Of a stretch of DNA of 64,000 nt, positions 12,934 to 24,889 are shown in pieces (the stretch's first letter is position 1; the number at the start of each line of letters is the position of its first letter). Source of the DNA: Dipteris shenzhenensis. Lineage: Eukaryota. A program made the translations under genes and the position numbers. The stretch is taken from assembly GCA_047967505.1 (NCBI GenBank), contig CM106538.1. One strand, 5' to 3'. The notes under the pieces are model-generated. The model ran no database searches, was not told the DNA's origin, and worked only from the letters and a program-made list of their open reading frames with translations.

Positions 12934-13774
12934 CTAGGATGGAATCTGTGCACAGATGGGGGAGCATCGTATGGGACACATAGTCTTACTTGGGAGATGG
13001 GAGATCACAGGTCGGGGGTTTGCCTGACCTCTAGCTTGGGGTGATCCTTACGAGCATCTACAGTTGAGTGGTGGGGTGTTAGCCTACACCATGTCTCTCC
13101 CTATCTTTGTGTTCTAACCTCTGATCGTATAAGCAAATAGCTCATGGTGGATAGAGGATTGCAATCTACAACGGTGTTTCACCATGCAAGTAACTCATGG
13201 TAGATAGAGGATTGCGTAGAACCCTAGGTTAAATGTGGCTAACCTGCAGGGGTGTTTAACCCACACAGAGCATAGATCAATCATGTTTTATAGGCCCCCA
13301 CACACACAACTGTATTTCTGTTTTCAGTTGCAGTTTCAGTTCAGTTTTCATTAGATCTTTAGGGGTGTGCTAGACACCTCTAGTTTCCCCACTAGGGTTT
13401 CTCTCATGATGTACTTTTGACAATATTTTGCAGAAATCAAGGTGGTACAACTTGTACCCTTTGTCCGAGCTCCATGGCTCAGCCAGGGGTGTTAGCCTTG
13501 CCATGGAGCAGCTCTCCAAGGAAACTCTAGCCGCAAGCAATCAGCCTAGCCTGTCCAAGGAACCCCAGCTGCAAGCAATCAGCCAAGCCTGAAATGTGCC
13601 GAATTGACGGAAGCAACAAACCCTAGCCAAATCGCCGCAACGGCGGGCTGCCACGAAACGAAAGTAGGGAAGCTTGAATCTGCCGTCACCACAATCGTTA
13701 GCCCGCAAAAGCTAAAATTTCCAGTTCGCCGTCCGTCAGGCAGCCTAAATCTCTGTTGTTTCAGCGCCTCAAAC

Positions 13775-14430
13775 CCGTCTGTCATCATCAACATCAAGAA
13801 ACTGGCCGCCATTCGGCAAACACTGTATCCCATCTTGTTAGCTGAAACAGGTAGGTTACCACTGGAAGGTGAAGCACTATGCCATCATCTGGGATACCTC
13901 AACAAGGTAAAGAAGATGGATGCACACAAGATACCACATAAAGCAATGGAAGCCACTAAGACCACAGGCTGGTACAAAGATGGGGAGAAGTGGAAGAAAC
14001 TATGGGGGATAAAGGCGGCTGACATACTTAAAGAATCATGTGAAATCAGGGACTTAGTGACGCTGAAAATGATACAGAAAATATGGCACAATCCAGGTAC
14101 AAAAATGCAGTTCTACAAACGGGAAATCAACCTGATGGACAGCTATGCGATGCAGAAATATCTTGGGGAGGACATCTCAATATTCAAAAGGAATTTAAGA
14201 CGCAAAATAGGGACCAGCTCACATGATCTAGAAGTGGAGAAGGGTAGATGGATATGACCCAAGATCCCAAGGGAGGAGGGGATATGCAAAAATCTGCCCT
14301 ACAAGGGAGGTAGAAGTACTCCTAAAATGTCGAGCATACGCACGCATAAGAGAGAACCATGGCAACAATAGTTGTAACCTGAAGAATCTATTGGAACAAT
14401 AGTTCCATGATTTCTTTTAAGAAGCTTACA
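13775..14430 (+). mobile_element. LINE ORF2 C-terminal fragment (diverged relative of the (TC)n-tailed family)
   Basis: ILLAETGRLPLE...TSSHDLEVEKGRWI*PKIPREEGICK; same SSH.L.(I/V)E.GR..PRE..IC motif as the other LINE copies. Confidence 0.75.
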
Positions 14431-14449
14431 ATCATATCATTTCGTATCT

Positions 14450-15669
14450 CTAACTAGCTAGCTGCGCCGCTAGTAGCCACCCAGCAGCGCCGCCAACAGC
14501 AGCTCCTTCGCTCCTCGCAAGCTCCTAGGGTCTCTAACCCCGAGTTGGGCTAAACCCCCAGCCCAACCCGGGGGTTAGGTTCAGCTAGGGGGTTCTACAG
14601 AAATAGCCAATATGGAATGGCCTAACAACAAAAAATCTAAATTTGTATGATTGGACTTATTCTAGACTTACAAAGGTATATATATACCATCTCCTTCAAA
14701 TCCCCCTCAACTCCATCAACCTTAACTCTCAGGACTCGGTACTCTACAGTTGCAGCCATGACACCCTCTCCGTATGCACGCAATTACCAACAAGAAGGGT
14801 CCACCATCATTGGGCAACATGAACAGATTTATTATTTGCAGCAATCAGTCAGAGAGTTAAGGCTTGAGCTGGCATAAGAAAAAGACCGACTTCAAGTTTT
14901 AGAGGGACCTGGCAAGCAGGCAGTAATTGCTGAGGTTGTGAACTCATGTCCTCCTACTCCTCAACTAGTCTCTACAGTCAAAGATATGGTTCATACTGAA
15001 GTACAATCAATCAAGAAAGAAGTGACTGAGGAGTTCGACACAAAGGCAAACAAGATTGATATCCAAGAAGAGATCAAAGAACACGAAGCCAAACACGATA
15101 ATGCATTGAAGATTAGAGTGGGGGGGCATCCCTGAAGGATGGTTCAAAGATGATGACTCTTTCAGTGAGACTTTAGCACATGTCAAAGCAGCCATGCCTA
15201 ATATTGAATGGAAGGCTGGTGATGAGGATGATGATGACAGAGCGACTAATATCTGGCACTCTAGAGGACATGCTATCCTTACACTTAAGTCGCAAGATTT
15301 ACGGATCAAGCTTCTTTGACAATCTTACAAGTTAAAAGGGACCAAGATATGGATAGCTGAGGAACTACACGAGCTTAATTGAAGAATAAGGCAATGGAAT
15401 TAGCTAAAGTCAAGGCTGCTAGGAAGGATGGAAAATGGGCAGTTTACCATGAAGGCATAGCATTAATCAAGGAGTTTAAATCCAAACCAAAAGACTCTCA
15501 GTCTTAAACTGCTGTATGACTCTTTCAGACTATTATGTAGGTACTCTAAATAATTGGGGTTGCTTTTGCACTCCCTGGGAGCTGCCATGTGCCCTCCCTA
15601 AAGCAGATGCACTAGATCGTTTTTTTGCTGTCCAATAAACTAATTGGTCTCTTGTAGACATTAATAGAC

Positions 15670-15726
<57 letters not shown>
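14450..15726 (+). mobile_element. ORF1-only (HAL1-like) non-autonomous retroelement, copy A; decayed ORF 14758-15507, 3' UTR and (CT)n tail
   Basis: MTPSPYARNYQQ...coiled-coil...LKIRVGG...KLKGTKIWIAEEL...AARKDGKWAVY..KPKDSQS*; homologous over the ORF and 3' UTR to 28227-29620; ends ttaatagacac(CT)n. 5' boundary approximate. Confidence 0.8.
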
Positions 15727-15728
<2 letters not shown>

Positions 15729-15758
15729 ACACACTATCAGTGATCCATGATGCCGCCA

Positions 15759-15803
<45 letters not shown>

Positions 15804-15849
15804 CCTCCCCCCCCCCCCCCTTAGACACACTATATCAGTGATCCACGAT

Positions 15850-18800
15850 GCCTCCACCAGATCATTTCCAATGACCAGATCTACAATTCGTCCCTCAACT
15901 GGGAAGATGCCACAAAACCCCTCATTTGACGAGGAGTGCGAGGAGATAAGAGTACGCTTTGGGACACTTGATGAGACTTGAGGCACAGTGGATTTCATGA
16001 TGTCTGACACAACATAAGAGACGGGCGTTCCTCTCACATAGGATGGACGAGGTGATCCAATATTTTCGTGGAGGTGATTTCATTTTTGCATTGGGACTCT
16101 TATCTAAGGGGAAGCCACCTATACCCGTCACAGATCCAGTGTAATACACCTATGTGACATCCCTCTACGGCCTCCGGCTCAGGCATTACCCAATATGTCC
16201 GCTCTCTCTTGGCCCACCACCTGCATGTTGTTCACTCTACAAAATGTGAGGGATGCATTACGCCAGCTCCACAACCGGAAAGCTCAGGATCACGAGGGAC
16301 TACGGACTGAGCACTTCGCACATGGACACGGGGTCTTGGCCCCAATCTAAAGCACGGGTGTTCAATCATGCTGTGTGTCATGGCTTTCCCCCTGGATGGA
16401 GTACCATCACCATTGCGCCGATACACAAAGTAGGAGATCCCATATACTAGAAACTACTGCACTCTCATGATTGTGGTCACACACTGGCCAAGATTCACGG
16501 GTCGGTACTATTGAGAGCACGATAGGGGTGAAGCAGAGATGCCCCCTCTCGCTTGACACTATTTGGGCTATATATTGATGAGATCACGACATTCATCAAC
16601 CGCCTAGGAGGTGAGGGATCATAGCTGGCCGATTTGATGATACAAATACTTTTGTATGCAGATGATATAGTCCTTCTATCCTCCTCAGCAGCACGCTTAC
16701 AGAGACCTCGATGCCCTAGAGGTGTTTCCAGAGAGGAGAGCTTTGACAGTTAACCTTGGCAAGACCAAGGTTATGATTTTTAACACCTCACGGCCAGCAA
16801 TTCATCGACCTAGCTTCACCTACCAAGGGGATTCAGTGGATATCGTATAGTCCTACACCTACTTAGGGGTAGTCTTTGTGGGGCTAGTCTTCATGATGAC
16901 CTATGCAACCAGGATACGTCTTACACGAGGGCAGGGAGCTCTAGCTCGACTAGAGCGTCAGTGCTTTCAGGAACATTTCCAAGACCTCCAGACAAAGGGA
17001 TAGCTACTTGACACGTTGGTGAGGCTGACAGCCATGTACAAAGCACCCTTCTGGGGGTGTGACCTGACAATGGATGAGTGCAATGCTTCGAGAGGTTGCA
17101 GGTGACTATGGGATCCAAGATGATTCGGAGCAAGCCACCATATCATACAGGCAGAGTTTGCCATGGCACCGCTCGAATAGATGCAATCTTCCAGACGGTT
17201 ACTTATCTTCACGAGGTATGGGCCTTACCCAGAGGGAGACTACCGAGGGTGGCACTAGAGTCATCTATACGACTAGCTGAGAGTGGGGCTTGCATGGCTT
17301 GGTATGCATGCATTTCCAAATGGTTTGACAGACAGGCATTCAAATGGATCGTCTCCTCCCCTTTGAGTACAGCTTGGATGCCCCCGATCCCTTGGTCCCA
17401 CAGAGATCAACCGTATTATACAATGGACCTACTCCAGTTTTATACATCACAGACTTGGGGAGGGGATCGGGAGTTCCCACCAAGACCCGGTTCTACCGCG
17501 ACCATTTCTTAATAGTATGGGAGGATGGAGTGATCATTAGACCACAGTATATGGAGAATAGGCGAGTTTCATGTGCCCTCAGGATTGCCATTGGACAGAT
17601 GTGGGTCTCATCTCATCAGCTTAGGATTAAGACAAGGAGAGCCAGGAGTACACCCAGGGAGCAGTGGATCTGTAGATTATGCACTCTGGGGGAGATAGAG
17701 ATGGAGGAGCATTTCCTATGTCACTGTCCGGTTTACTATGAGATCCGCAAACGTAATCACTGCCTCTTCCAGGAGGGACATGGCTTTGGACCTCTCTCCA
17801 AGGATCAGGTCTACATTGGCCTCTATTTGATGGAGATGAGACGAGATCCTTCTACGCCAGATCATAGAGTAGGAGACGTAGTGCCCCAAGAGACAGGGGT
17901 AGATCAAGCCCAGCGACACGTCACAGATTTCTACACATTTTGAGTCTGCTCCTAGGCATGTTAGAGTAGAGGAGGAGGAGATCGATGACATGAGGACAGA
18001 TGGATCTATGAGACCAGACAACAACGAGACAGGATGCAGCCAAAGATGCAGGAGCCACACTCAATCCAGCAACGGCCCAAAGCATGCATGATGGAGGTCC
18101 AGCCCATCCTATCGATATGGCCCACCAAATACAGAGATCACGGAGACCACACCCTCTGCCACTGCATGAGACGACCAGATCATGGTTGTAAGACACGTTA
18201 AGACATGACACGTTAGACACACTTCAGACACGAGTGTCTAAAGTGTCTTAAAGATAAGACACGCCATTGTGGTTAAAATAATAAATATTTAATTAATATA
18301 TGTATAAGTATACAAATGTACAACTTGCTAGCATAGCTAGCTGCTAGATTCTAGAAGTACAATAAGCTACGCTTAAATAATGCAAGAAGAAACAATGCAC
18401 TTGTACAATGTAGTTAAGAGTCAAGACTCGTCACTCAAGACTTAAAAGTTAAAGTTAAGACTCACGACTAAAGAGCTCGCAAGTTTTGAGTACTTAAAGG
18501 TTTAAACTGACAATTGAATCTTGTCACATGTGACATGAATGAAAACTGCATCTCGATACATATAATTGAAAGGAAGCTTTCGACTCTCACGACTCAAATC
18601 TCTGAAGATTCATCCTAATCTGAATCTATGAGGTCACTGCCACTACTAGATCCAAAGTCACCATCAATGATAGCATCGCCAAGTCAAACTCAATGTGTGT
18701 TGTTACTCCCCACCCACATAAAAAAATAAATAAACACAAGAGTGTCTAAAGGTGTCTTAAGGTAAGACAAGTGTCTTAAGTGTCTTAAGTGTCTTATCAT

Positions 18801-19088
18801 AAGACACGAGTGTCTTAACAACCATGGACCAGATAGACACGGATATGAGATATTTTCGCAGCTCACAGAAGAGCCACCATGGCACCGGGCTATATCTTCT
18901 GATTCTGACCATAAGATTGAGTCTAGCTATTAGTCCCTAGTTTTCAGACTTTGAGCTTGCGTTTTGTATGTCTGTAAAGGGCCTTAGCAAGCCCTTCGCC
19001 TCAGCCCATAGCGGCTTGTATGAGCATAAGTCACTCTGATAATATACTTTGTCTCATAGGCCCACGAGGCCTTCTAAAGACGTCAATA

Positions 19089-19138
<50 letters not shown>
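15850..19138 (+). mobile_element. 5'-truncated LINE (RT plus C-terminal zinc-finger region) ending in (TC)n; contains a hAT MITE
   Basis: PIHKVGDP, GVKQRCPLS..LFGLYIDE, LYADD (~16652-16666), VNLGKTKV, SSHQLRIKT..PREQWICRLC..EEHFLCHC; 3' end gtctcataggcccacgaggccttctaaagacgtcaataca(TC)n. Confidence 0.9.
18181..18826. mobile_element. Non-autonomous hAT-type MITE (646 bp)
   Basis: TIR CATGGTTG(T)TAAGACAC at both ends; perfect 8-bp TSD GACCAGAT (18173-18180 / 18827-18834); many subterminal AGACAC/GTGTCT motifs. Confidence 0.92.
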
Positions 19139-19142
<4 letters not shown>

Positions 19143-19530
19143 GTGCCTTGCATGTGCCAATGTGCATGATGTGTAGGGAGCTGACAGTAAACCATTCATT
19201 CCAGAAGGTTATACCTAGTGGAATTTGAATTCAGATCAAGGATTTCCATAACTTAAGTTGGATGCTCATAGAGATTCCTATTTTGCATCTTGTGTGTGTC
19301 TTATGGGAGGAGAACTAAGAGTACATACTCTCACCCTCAAAAGGCTAGAATGGAATACCAAAATCGAGATTTGGAGTCAAAAAAAAATTGTAAAATGAAA
19401 ATCATCTCAAATTCAAACCAGCACCTATCAAATCAGCTAAGAGAGTTGATATATGGCAATGATACCTTAGTTCAGAAAACATAAGTACATGATGCATTGA
19501 AAATCACTCCTCATACAAATTTGTACATAC

Positions 19531-19585
19531 CAATACCCAAATCTGGATGAAGATACTTCATGAACCGACGAGCATCATCCCGGGC
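19531..19585 (-). CDS. PSS1: Phosphatidylserine synthase, coding exon 5
   Basis: ccaag|GCC CGG GAT GAT...GGT ATT G|gtatgt; ARDDARRFMKYLHPDLGI (cf. plant PSS1 RDDARQFMKFLHPDLG). Confidence 0.9.
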
Positions 19586-19756
19586 CTTGGATCACAACCA
19601 AAACTTGATCTCAATCCCATATTAACTAAAAAGAAGCCCTCCAAACGCCAAAAAAAGAAGCCACAATTTGCTCTGAATCCTGATAGTTAAGACTCTACAT
19701 TATGAGTAAAAGAAAAACTGGATATTAAAACACCAGTACATCGAGTTATAAAATAC

Positions 19757-19847
19757 CTGAAAAAGAAGAAAAGAAAGGAACACAAAATAGACCACTGCAA
19801 TTCCATGGACCAAGCGCCAAACAGATGGATGAGGTCGTATAAGAATC
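19757..19847 (-). CDS. PSS1: Phosphatidylserine synthase, coding exon 4
   Basis: ttttacag|G ATT CTT...TTT CAG|gtattt; [30 protein letters not shown], containing the conserved RPHP..WR motif of the PSS family. Confidence 0.93.
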
Positions 19848-19950
19848 CTGTAAAATGGTGCATTTTTTAGAGTCAACACTCAGCAGGACAAATGATACTG
19901 CTTACATTGCTTGAACTTCAAAAATAATACATATAGGAAAAGAAGCTTAC

Positions 19951-20010
19951 GTTGGAGGAGCTTGCAGCAAACAATAGCCTAGAAAAACAGCAATCATTGC
20001 CCAAATGCCT
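19951..20010 (-). CDS. PSS1: Phosphatidylserine synthase, coding exon 3
   Basis: gacag|A GGC ATT TGG...CCA AC|gtaagc; GIWAMIAVFLGYCLLQAPP. Confidence 0.92.
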
Positions 20011-20082
20011 CTGTCATTGCAGATAACAATCAATTAGGTTAGTTACCCCTCTATGCCACAATCAATTACCATACTCAACAAT

Positions 20083-20391
20083 AAAGGCAATCAGTTCAAG
20101 AGCATGAAGCTCTGCCAGATGAAGTTTGAACAAACCAGGGATGCGTTTTAACAGTTTAAATAGAAGATTAAGAACACTGTCAACTGAATACGGACAATGA
20201 GCATTTTAACCAGAGTTATCCCATAGTGGAGCTGACAAAATATAACAAAGGCAATCAGTTCAAGAGCATGAAGCTGTGCCAGATGAATAAAACAGGGATA
20301 AGTTGAAACAGTTTCAGAAGATTCTGAACACCGACAATGAGCAGTTTAACGAGAGTTCAGCGTCATCGCAAAGTGGAGCTGACAAAATATA
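20083..20391 (+). repeat. Diverged tandem duplication (~160 bp unit) in PSS1 intron 2
   Basis: aaaggcaatcagttcaagagcatgaagct...agtggagctgacaaaatataa occurs twice. Confidence 0.8.
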
Positions 20392-21605
20392 AGATGATGC
20401 CCAAACTTATGGTCGCAACAATTGGAGCTTCACATAGGGTGCAAAGGCAGTGGCAAGTGGAGTACATCCACGGGCTGACATGATGATGTCGGTGGTCCCT
20501 AGGGCCATTGAATATAATGGCTCCTCAACATTCCATAGGTGTTCTTTTAGAAGAAATGGAGGTCCTGTCGTTATGGTGGATCCCTTGCACATGGCTGGAC
20601 ATCCACACACGAGGCAGCCGCCAAACATCTTTTAAAGTCTTTGGTGTTGTAAGTCTACAGCTGTTGTAAGCCACTAGACGCCAATACTCCATATCTATGA
20701 ACAGTTTAAGATAACAACGTTACTTTTCAGTCAATAACGCAATCAAAGCGTCTTCACTCTGCACTACCAAGCTAAAAGATCTTTAAAGAGTTTTCCCCCA
20801 TATGCATTGCCTCTTTCTACAAAAAATTTCAATAAGCCATGCCAGGTACAAACATCATAAGCTATTGATGTATCACCTTTTAGAAAATATACATGAAGCA
20901 AACGTTAATCTGAAATGAAAAGTGAGGCCTCTCTAATCACCTCTTTATTACGTTTTGTGTTTCCCTAAGATCATCCTTAAGGACCCGATTTCTACTCACA
21001 CATGGTTATTTTTGTGCATGCCTCTACTTTTATGTGCAACTTTTCAGTGTAGCCTCCCTTTTTCCCCTCATGTCTCTTTAGACAACGGCATTCCTCCACA
21101 CCGCCCATGCCCCGTTGTTCTCTCCCAAGTCTAATGGAAGGAAGCCACCAGGATGAGTGGATGCATACAGATGTCTTCTTTCATGATCTGCCGAAGGGTA
21201 CTTACCCCAAGCCTAGATGTAGTGCATGACATGAGAACACATGAGAAGAATAGCATGAGAATAGGTCGGTATGAAACCCCAAAAAGAAACGTCAGAAGAA
21301 AAAATTACTGCGGTCAAAACACTTGAGCTGTAACAGGTAAATTTGTGGCAGAGAGGGACAAGACACCTAACATGAATAGCCATTCAACTTATGAGGCATA
21401 AGGGTATCTTGCCAATTACAATTTTGTAATTCCAAAAGAGCCACGTTACGTGTCTCTTAGGGCCTTAAGTCTGGACGGAAGCCTTACAGGTTCCCATACA
21501 CCGCGCGGAAAATTATACTAAACGTACAGCAAGACAAGTTGTGTTCACGCACCCAAAACAGTGGCAAAGGAAAGTCAACAAATCACATAGACGTAAAACT
21601 ATTAC

Positions 21606-21671
21606 CTATACACGTTTGTGGCGCTGCCATACTCTGAGGATGCATCGGGATGCAGAGCTCCGCTCGCCCAA
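21606..21671 (-). CDS. PSS1: Phosphatidylserine synthase, coding exon 2
   Basis: gatgtag|T TGG GCG AGC GGA...TAT AG|gtaat; WASGALHPDASSEYGSATNVY. Confidence 0.9.
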   Translation of the reverse strand: MGERSSASRCILRVWQRHKRV

Positions 21672-21789
21672 CTACATCCAAAGAAAATGCTACATTCTTT
21701 AAGATTAAGGAATGCAAATTGTTGACGGAAAATTTATGACTTGGGAGAATTTCTATTGATGCACCTGCGCACCCAAAAGGTATGCAAAT

Positions 21790-21833
<44 letters not shown>

Positions 21834-21883
21834 TTGTGGAGTGTGCTGTGTGTGAGAAAGAGGCACAAAGAGAGCGCACTGAC

Positions 21884-22026
21884 ACAAGCAAGCAAGCTCC
21901 TATAAGCAGCACGGTGAGAGTGCGCGGACGGTAAGCCCACGCTGTCCAAGGGTCGAGGTCTTTTTCCTCCACGGTGGTGACCCTCCGAACACCATCGTCT
22001 GGATTCTGCATGATCGTGGAATTCAT
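21884..22026 (-). CDS. PSS1: Phosphatidylserine synthase, first coding exon
   Basis: ATG at 22026; MNSTIMQNPDDGVRRVTTVEEKDLDPWTAWAYRPRTLTVLLIGACLLV|gtcagt. DPWTAWAY(K/R)PRT..LLIGAC is characteristic of the plant PSS1 N-terminus. The start could alternatively be the second Met. Confidence 0.88.
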
Positions 22027-24889
22027 CTCTTCCCAAACGATACTGCTGCAAGAGCACAAGGAACGATCTCAAGCTGCTTCTTGCTGAGATTCCAGCCAAA
22101 TGTGCCTACATTCCTCGAACCTTCGGATCCATTTCTTGTTTCTTGCAGCTTCGCCTGATATATTTAATGATCTTTTGTCGAGTGGTCTGTCAGCCATGTA
22201 GCATCATCTTCGCGACAAGAAATCGAAATGTTTTTTTTATGTCGCCGACAATCTAAGTGCACACTGCACTGCGCGATTCTACAGAATTCAAAAAAAGCGG
22301 ATGATATATTTCATTTTCGATTGCGCACCGAGATACGCTGCCATTCTCTGCCCTTTTCACGTCTTGATTGTGCGGTGAAGTCCGTTCCAGAACTTGGGCG
22401 ATTGCAATTGCGAGTCCTTGCACTCCCCAGAATCCTAACTATTCCGGCAATCTACCAAACATATCAATTCTAAAAACGGACAAAACTACTCTTCTCATTC
22501 AGCAATCCAACAAAATCTGTCAACTCAACCCGTGACTCCCACTCTTCTGATCGATTCAGCGATCGTCTCTCTCTCTTGAGTCTTTCAATCCACGAGCGAT
22601 TTGTCAATCAAGATTTCTCACATTCTTGCTCATCTTCCACTGTAAATCAAGTTTCTCAAATTCTTGCTCATCTTCCATCTTCCACTGTCAAACAATCAAA
22701 TTCTTGCTCGTCTTCCAGCTCACAGATGTGAAATTCTCTCCAATTTTGTAGTGTTGGTATCTTAGTGTGCCACCTATTTGGCTTTCCAAAACAGAGAATA
22801 AACCTGGTTCTTAATGGGAGAACATTCTCTAGGTACAAGAATAATCTTTTACAATATTATCTCTATAGAAGAGCATTATTCTAGCCTTTATCTTCAATCC
22901 CTTTCAATCTCTTTCTTCACACACTCAACACCTCCCGCACTTGAACGTCCCGAATCAATCTTTACCTTGAGTCCCTTCAATAGGTCTCACAGGTAGCAGC
23001 AGCAACAGGTGAATAAAAGCAAGGGAATGCCTAACCTCCTGAGCGGTAATTGTTCTGCTTTTGACAAGTCTTTAACTATGTTGGAGCATTCTAGTTATCT
23101 CACTTGCCTCCTTATCTTCTAAATATTTGCTCCATTGTTGGCATGTGGCATTCCACTTGTCACCAAGATGGAAGTCCTTTGTTTTTGGCATTAAGTTTGG
23201 TTTCAATGTTATCCCTTTCACCATGGGGATGGAATAGAATTACCAAAGTCACACCAATCTTTAACTAAGGAGACTTTCATGGGAATCGGCTAGCAACATC
23301 CATCTTGCCATGTAAAAGCAATTCTATTTGGCGGAATTTAATCTCAACATCTAAGAAACTCTCACAAGAGCACCGAGTGTGAATGGTATCATAAAAACCA
23401 AAAAGGGAAAAAATGATGCAATAGACGACTAGGCAACCAAATAGTATACAACAATCTATGCTCAAGCTTATAGCCCACATATCACCAATACTAATGGTAT
23501 GATAACACGAATGCTTGTGGGTACTGCCTTGTGAAGGACGTGAATTTTTTTCCCAAGAACTTAATGACAAACTAAATTTTGGAAAAAATTACCCATAAGT
23601 AAGTCACCTCATCCAAATGTATTACTTAGTATCATATTTAATATCATATGATGAACCTTATGACCCTATGATCAAACATTGTGTACATATAAAAATCAAT
23701 CCTTCATAGTAGAAACTACAAGATGTGATGCATCTAATATTTTTCTTCCTTAATTCTTGTCTACTCAATTGTGTTGCCATGAAAAATATGTTATATGTGG
23801 ATACTCTTTGAAAAATGTGCTATACCATAAGTAAATCTTTGAAAAATGCACTATACCATAAGTAGATCTTCAATGCATCGTGGTTTGATATACCTATGAG
23901 CTCATCGAAATACAAGGTACAAAGTTTAAAGGTAAAGGGGGAGGGAAGGAACGAGAAACCGAAGGGGGAAAGGGTAAAGGAAAGAAAAACTTGAGAATAC
24001 CAAACAAACCAACAAACCTCGTACCATACTTTGAATATTGGATGCTTGCAAGGTCTGGTGTTCGTCCCTAGTTGTGGAGAAGTGCTTGGAATGTGTGGAG
24101 GTGGTTCAAGGTTATGGAGGATCAGTACAAGGATGGGAGAAAAGAATGAAAGTGACATGATTCGAGATTGGGTTTTAGCTCTCGCACAACATCGATATTA
24201 TTGTCGAGAAAGCCTTACCATTACTTGGTGAGATTTTTTTGTGGGTATGGATTCGTTTTGAGGATAATAAACATGAAGGAAAACGAACCAATCATGCTAA
24301 TACAACATCAAATAGTATAACATTAAGAAATGTAACCTCAAAAGAGCTCTAGGGGGGAAATTTTGTTGTTATTTTTGTATATTGTGACAAAACATGGTCA
24401 TGTTACACAATGACTTTTCAAAAGAGACACAAAAAGCATGCTGTTTGAGCTTTTGGGAGCACTTATATTTGCAAAGACTGGTACCAAAACCCTTCCTTGG
24501 AATCAAAAAATATATTAGATAAGACAAATTTTCAAAACCTCTACAACATAGCCTTGTGTATACTAGCACAAGAGGTGTTAACGTGAACATAGAGCTCGCA
24601 TACTCAACACACAAAGTGATGAGGAGGAGAGAAGACACCAGCTTGTTGGCTATACAAAATGTACACTCTTCTCTCTTCTACCAAACAGATGAATATGATA
24701 TAATATACATTGAAATCTAATGTGGGTCACTCCATAAGGACTATTCAGACTTGTGACCCTTTTAGATTTCTCTATATTTGTATCCGTTACTCATGTATGC
24801 AGCATGTAAACATATTTCCTACCATACATACATGGATAATGACCAATCCAATGAGCTACACTTTAACACTCTCTATATCACATAGAGAA

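Noticed and set aside
14612-14757. Possible intron in ORF1-only copy A (146 nt absent from copy B)
   Set aside because: Candidate GT..AG pairs do not join the upstream ATG in frame, and removal would not reproduce copy B; treated as an indel or subfamily difference.
20440-20635. Intronic segment with a C-box-like ATGATGA (possible snoRNA) or small ORF
   Set aside because: No suitably placed D box or terminal stem, and no recognisable protein.
21583-22059. 158-aa ORF taken as a complete protein
   Set aside because: Only 22026-21884 is exon; the rest reads through intron 1 and its (CA)n tract.
22500-24880. Possible divergent gene or TE upstream of PSS1, with short ttcttgctcatcttcca repeats and a ~31-bp duplication near 23810
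   Set aside because: No coherent ORF, splice pattern or termini that I can support.
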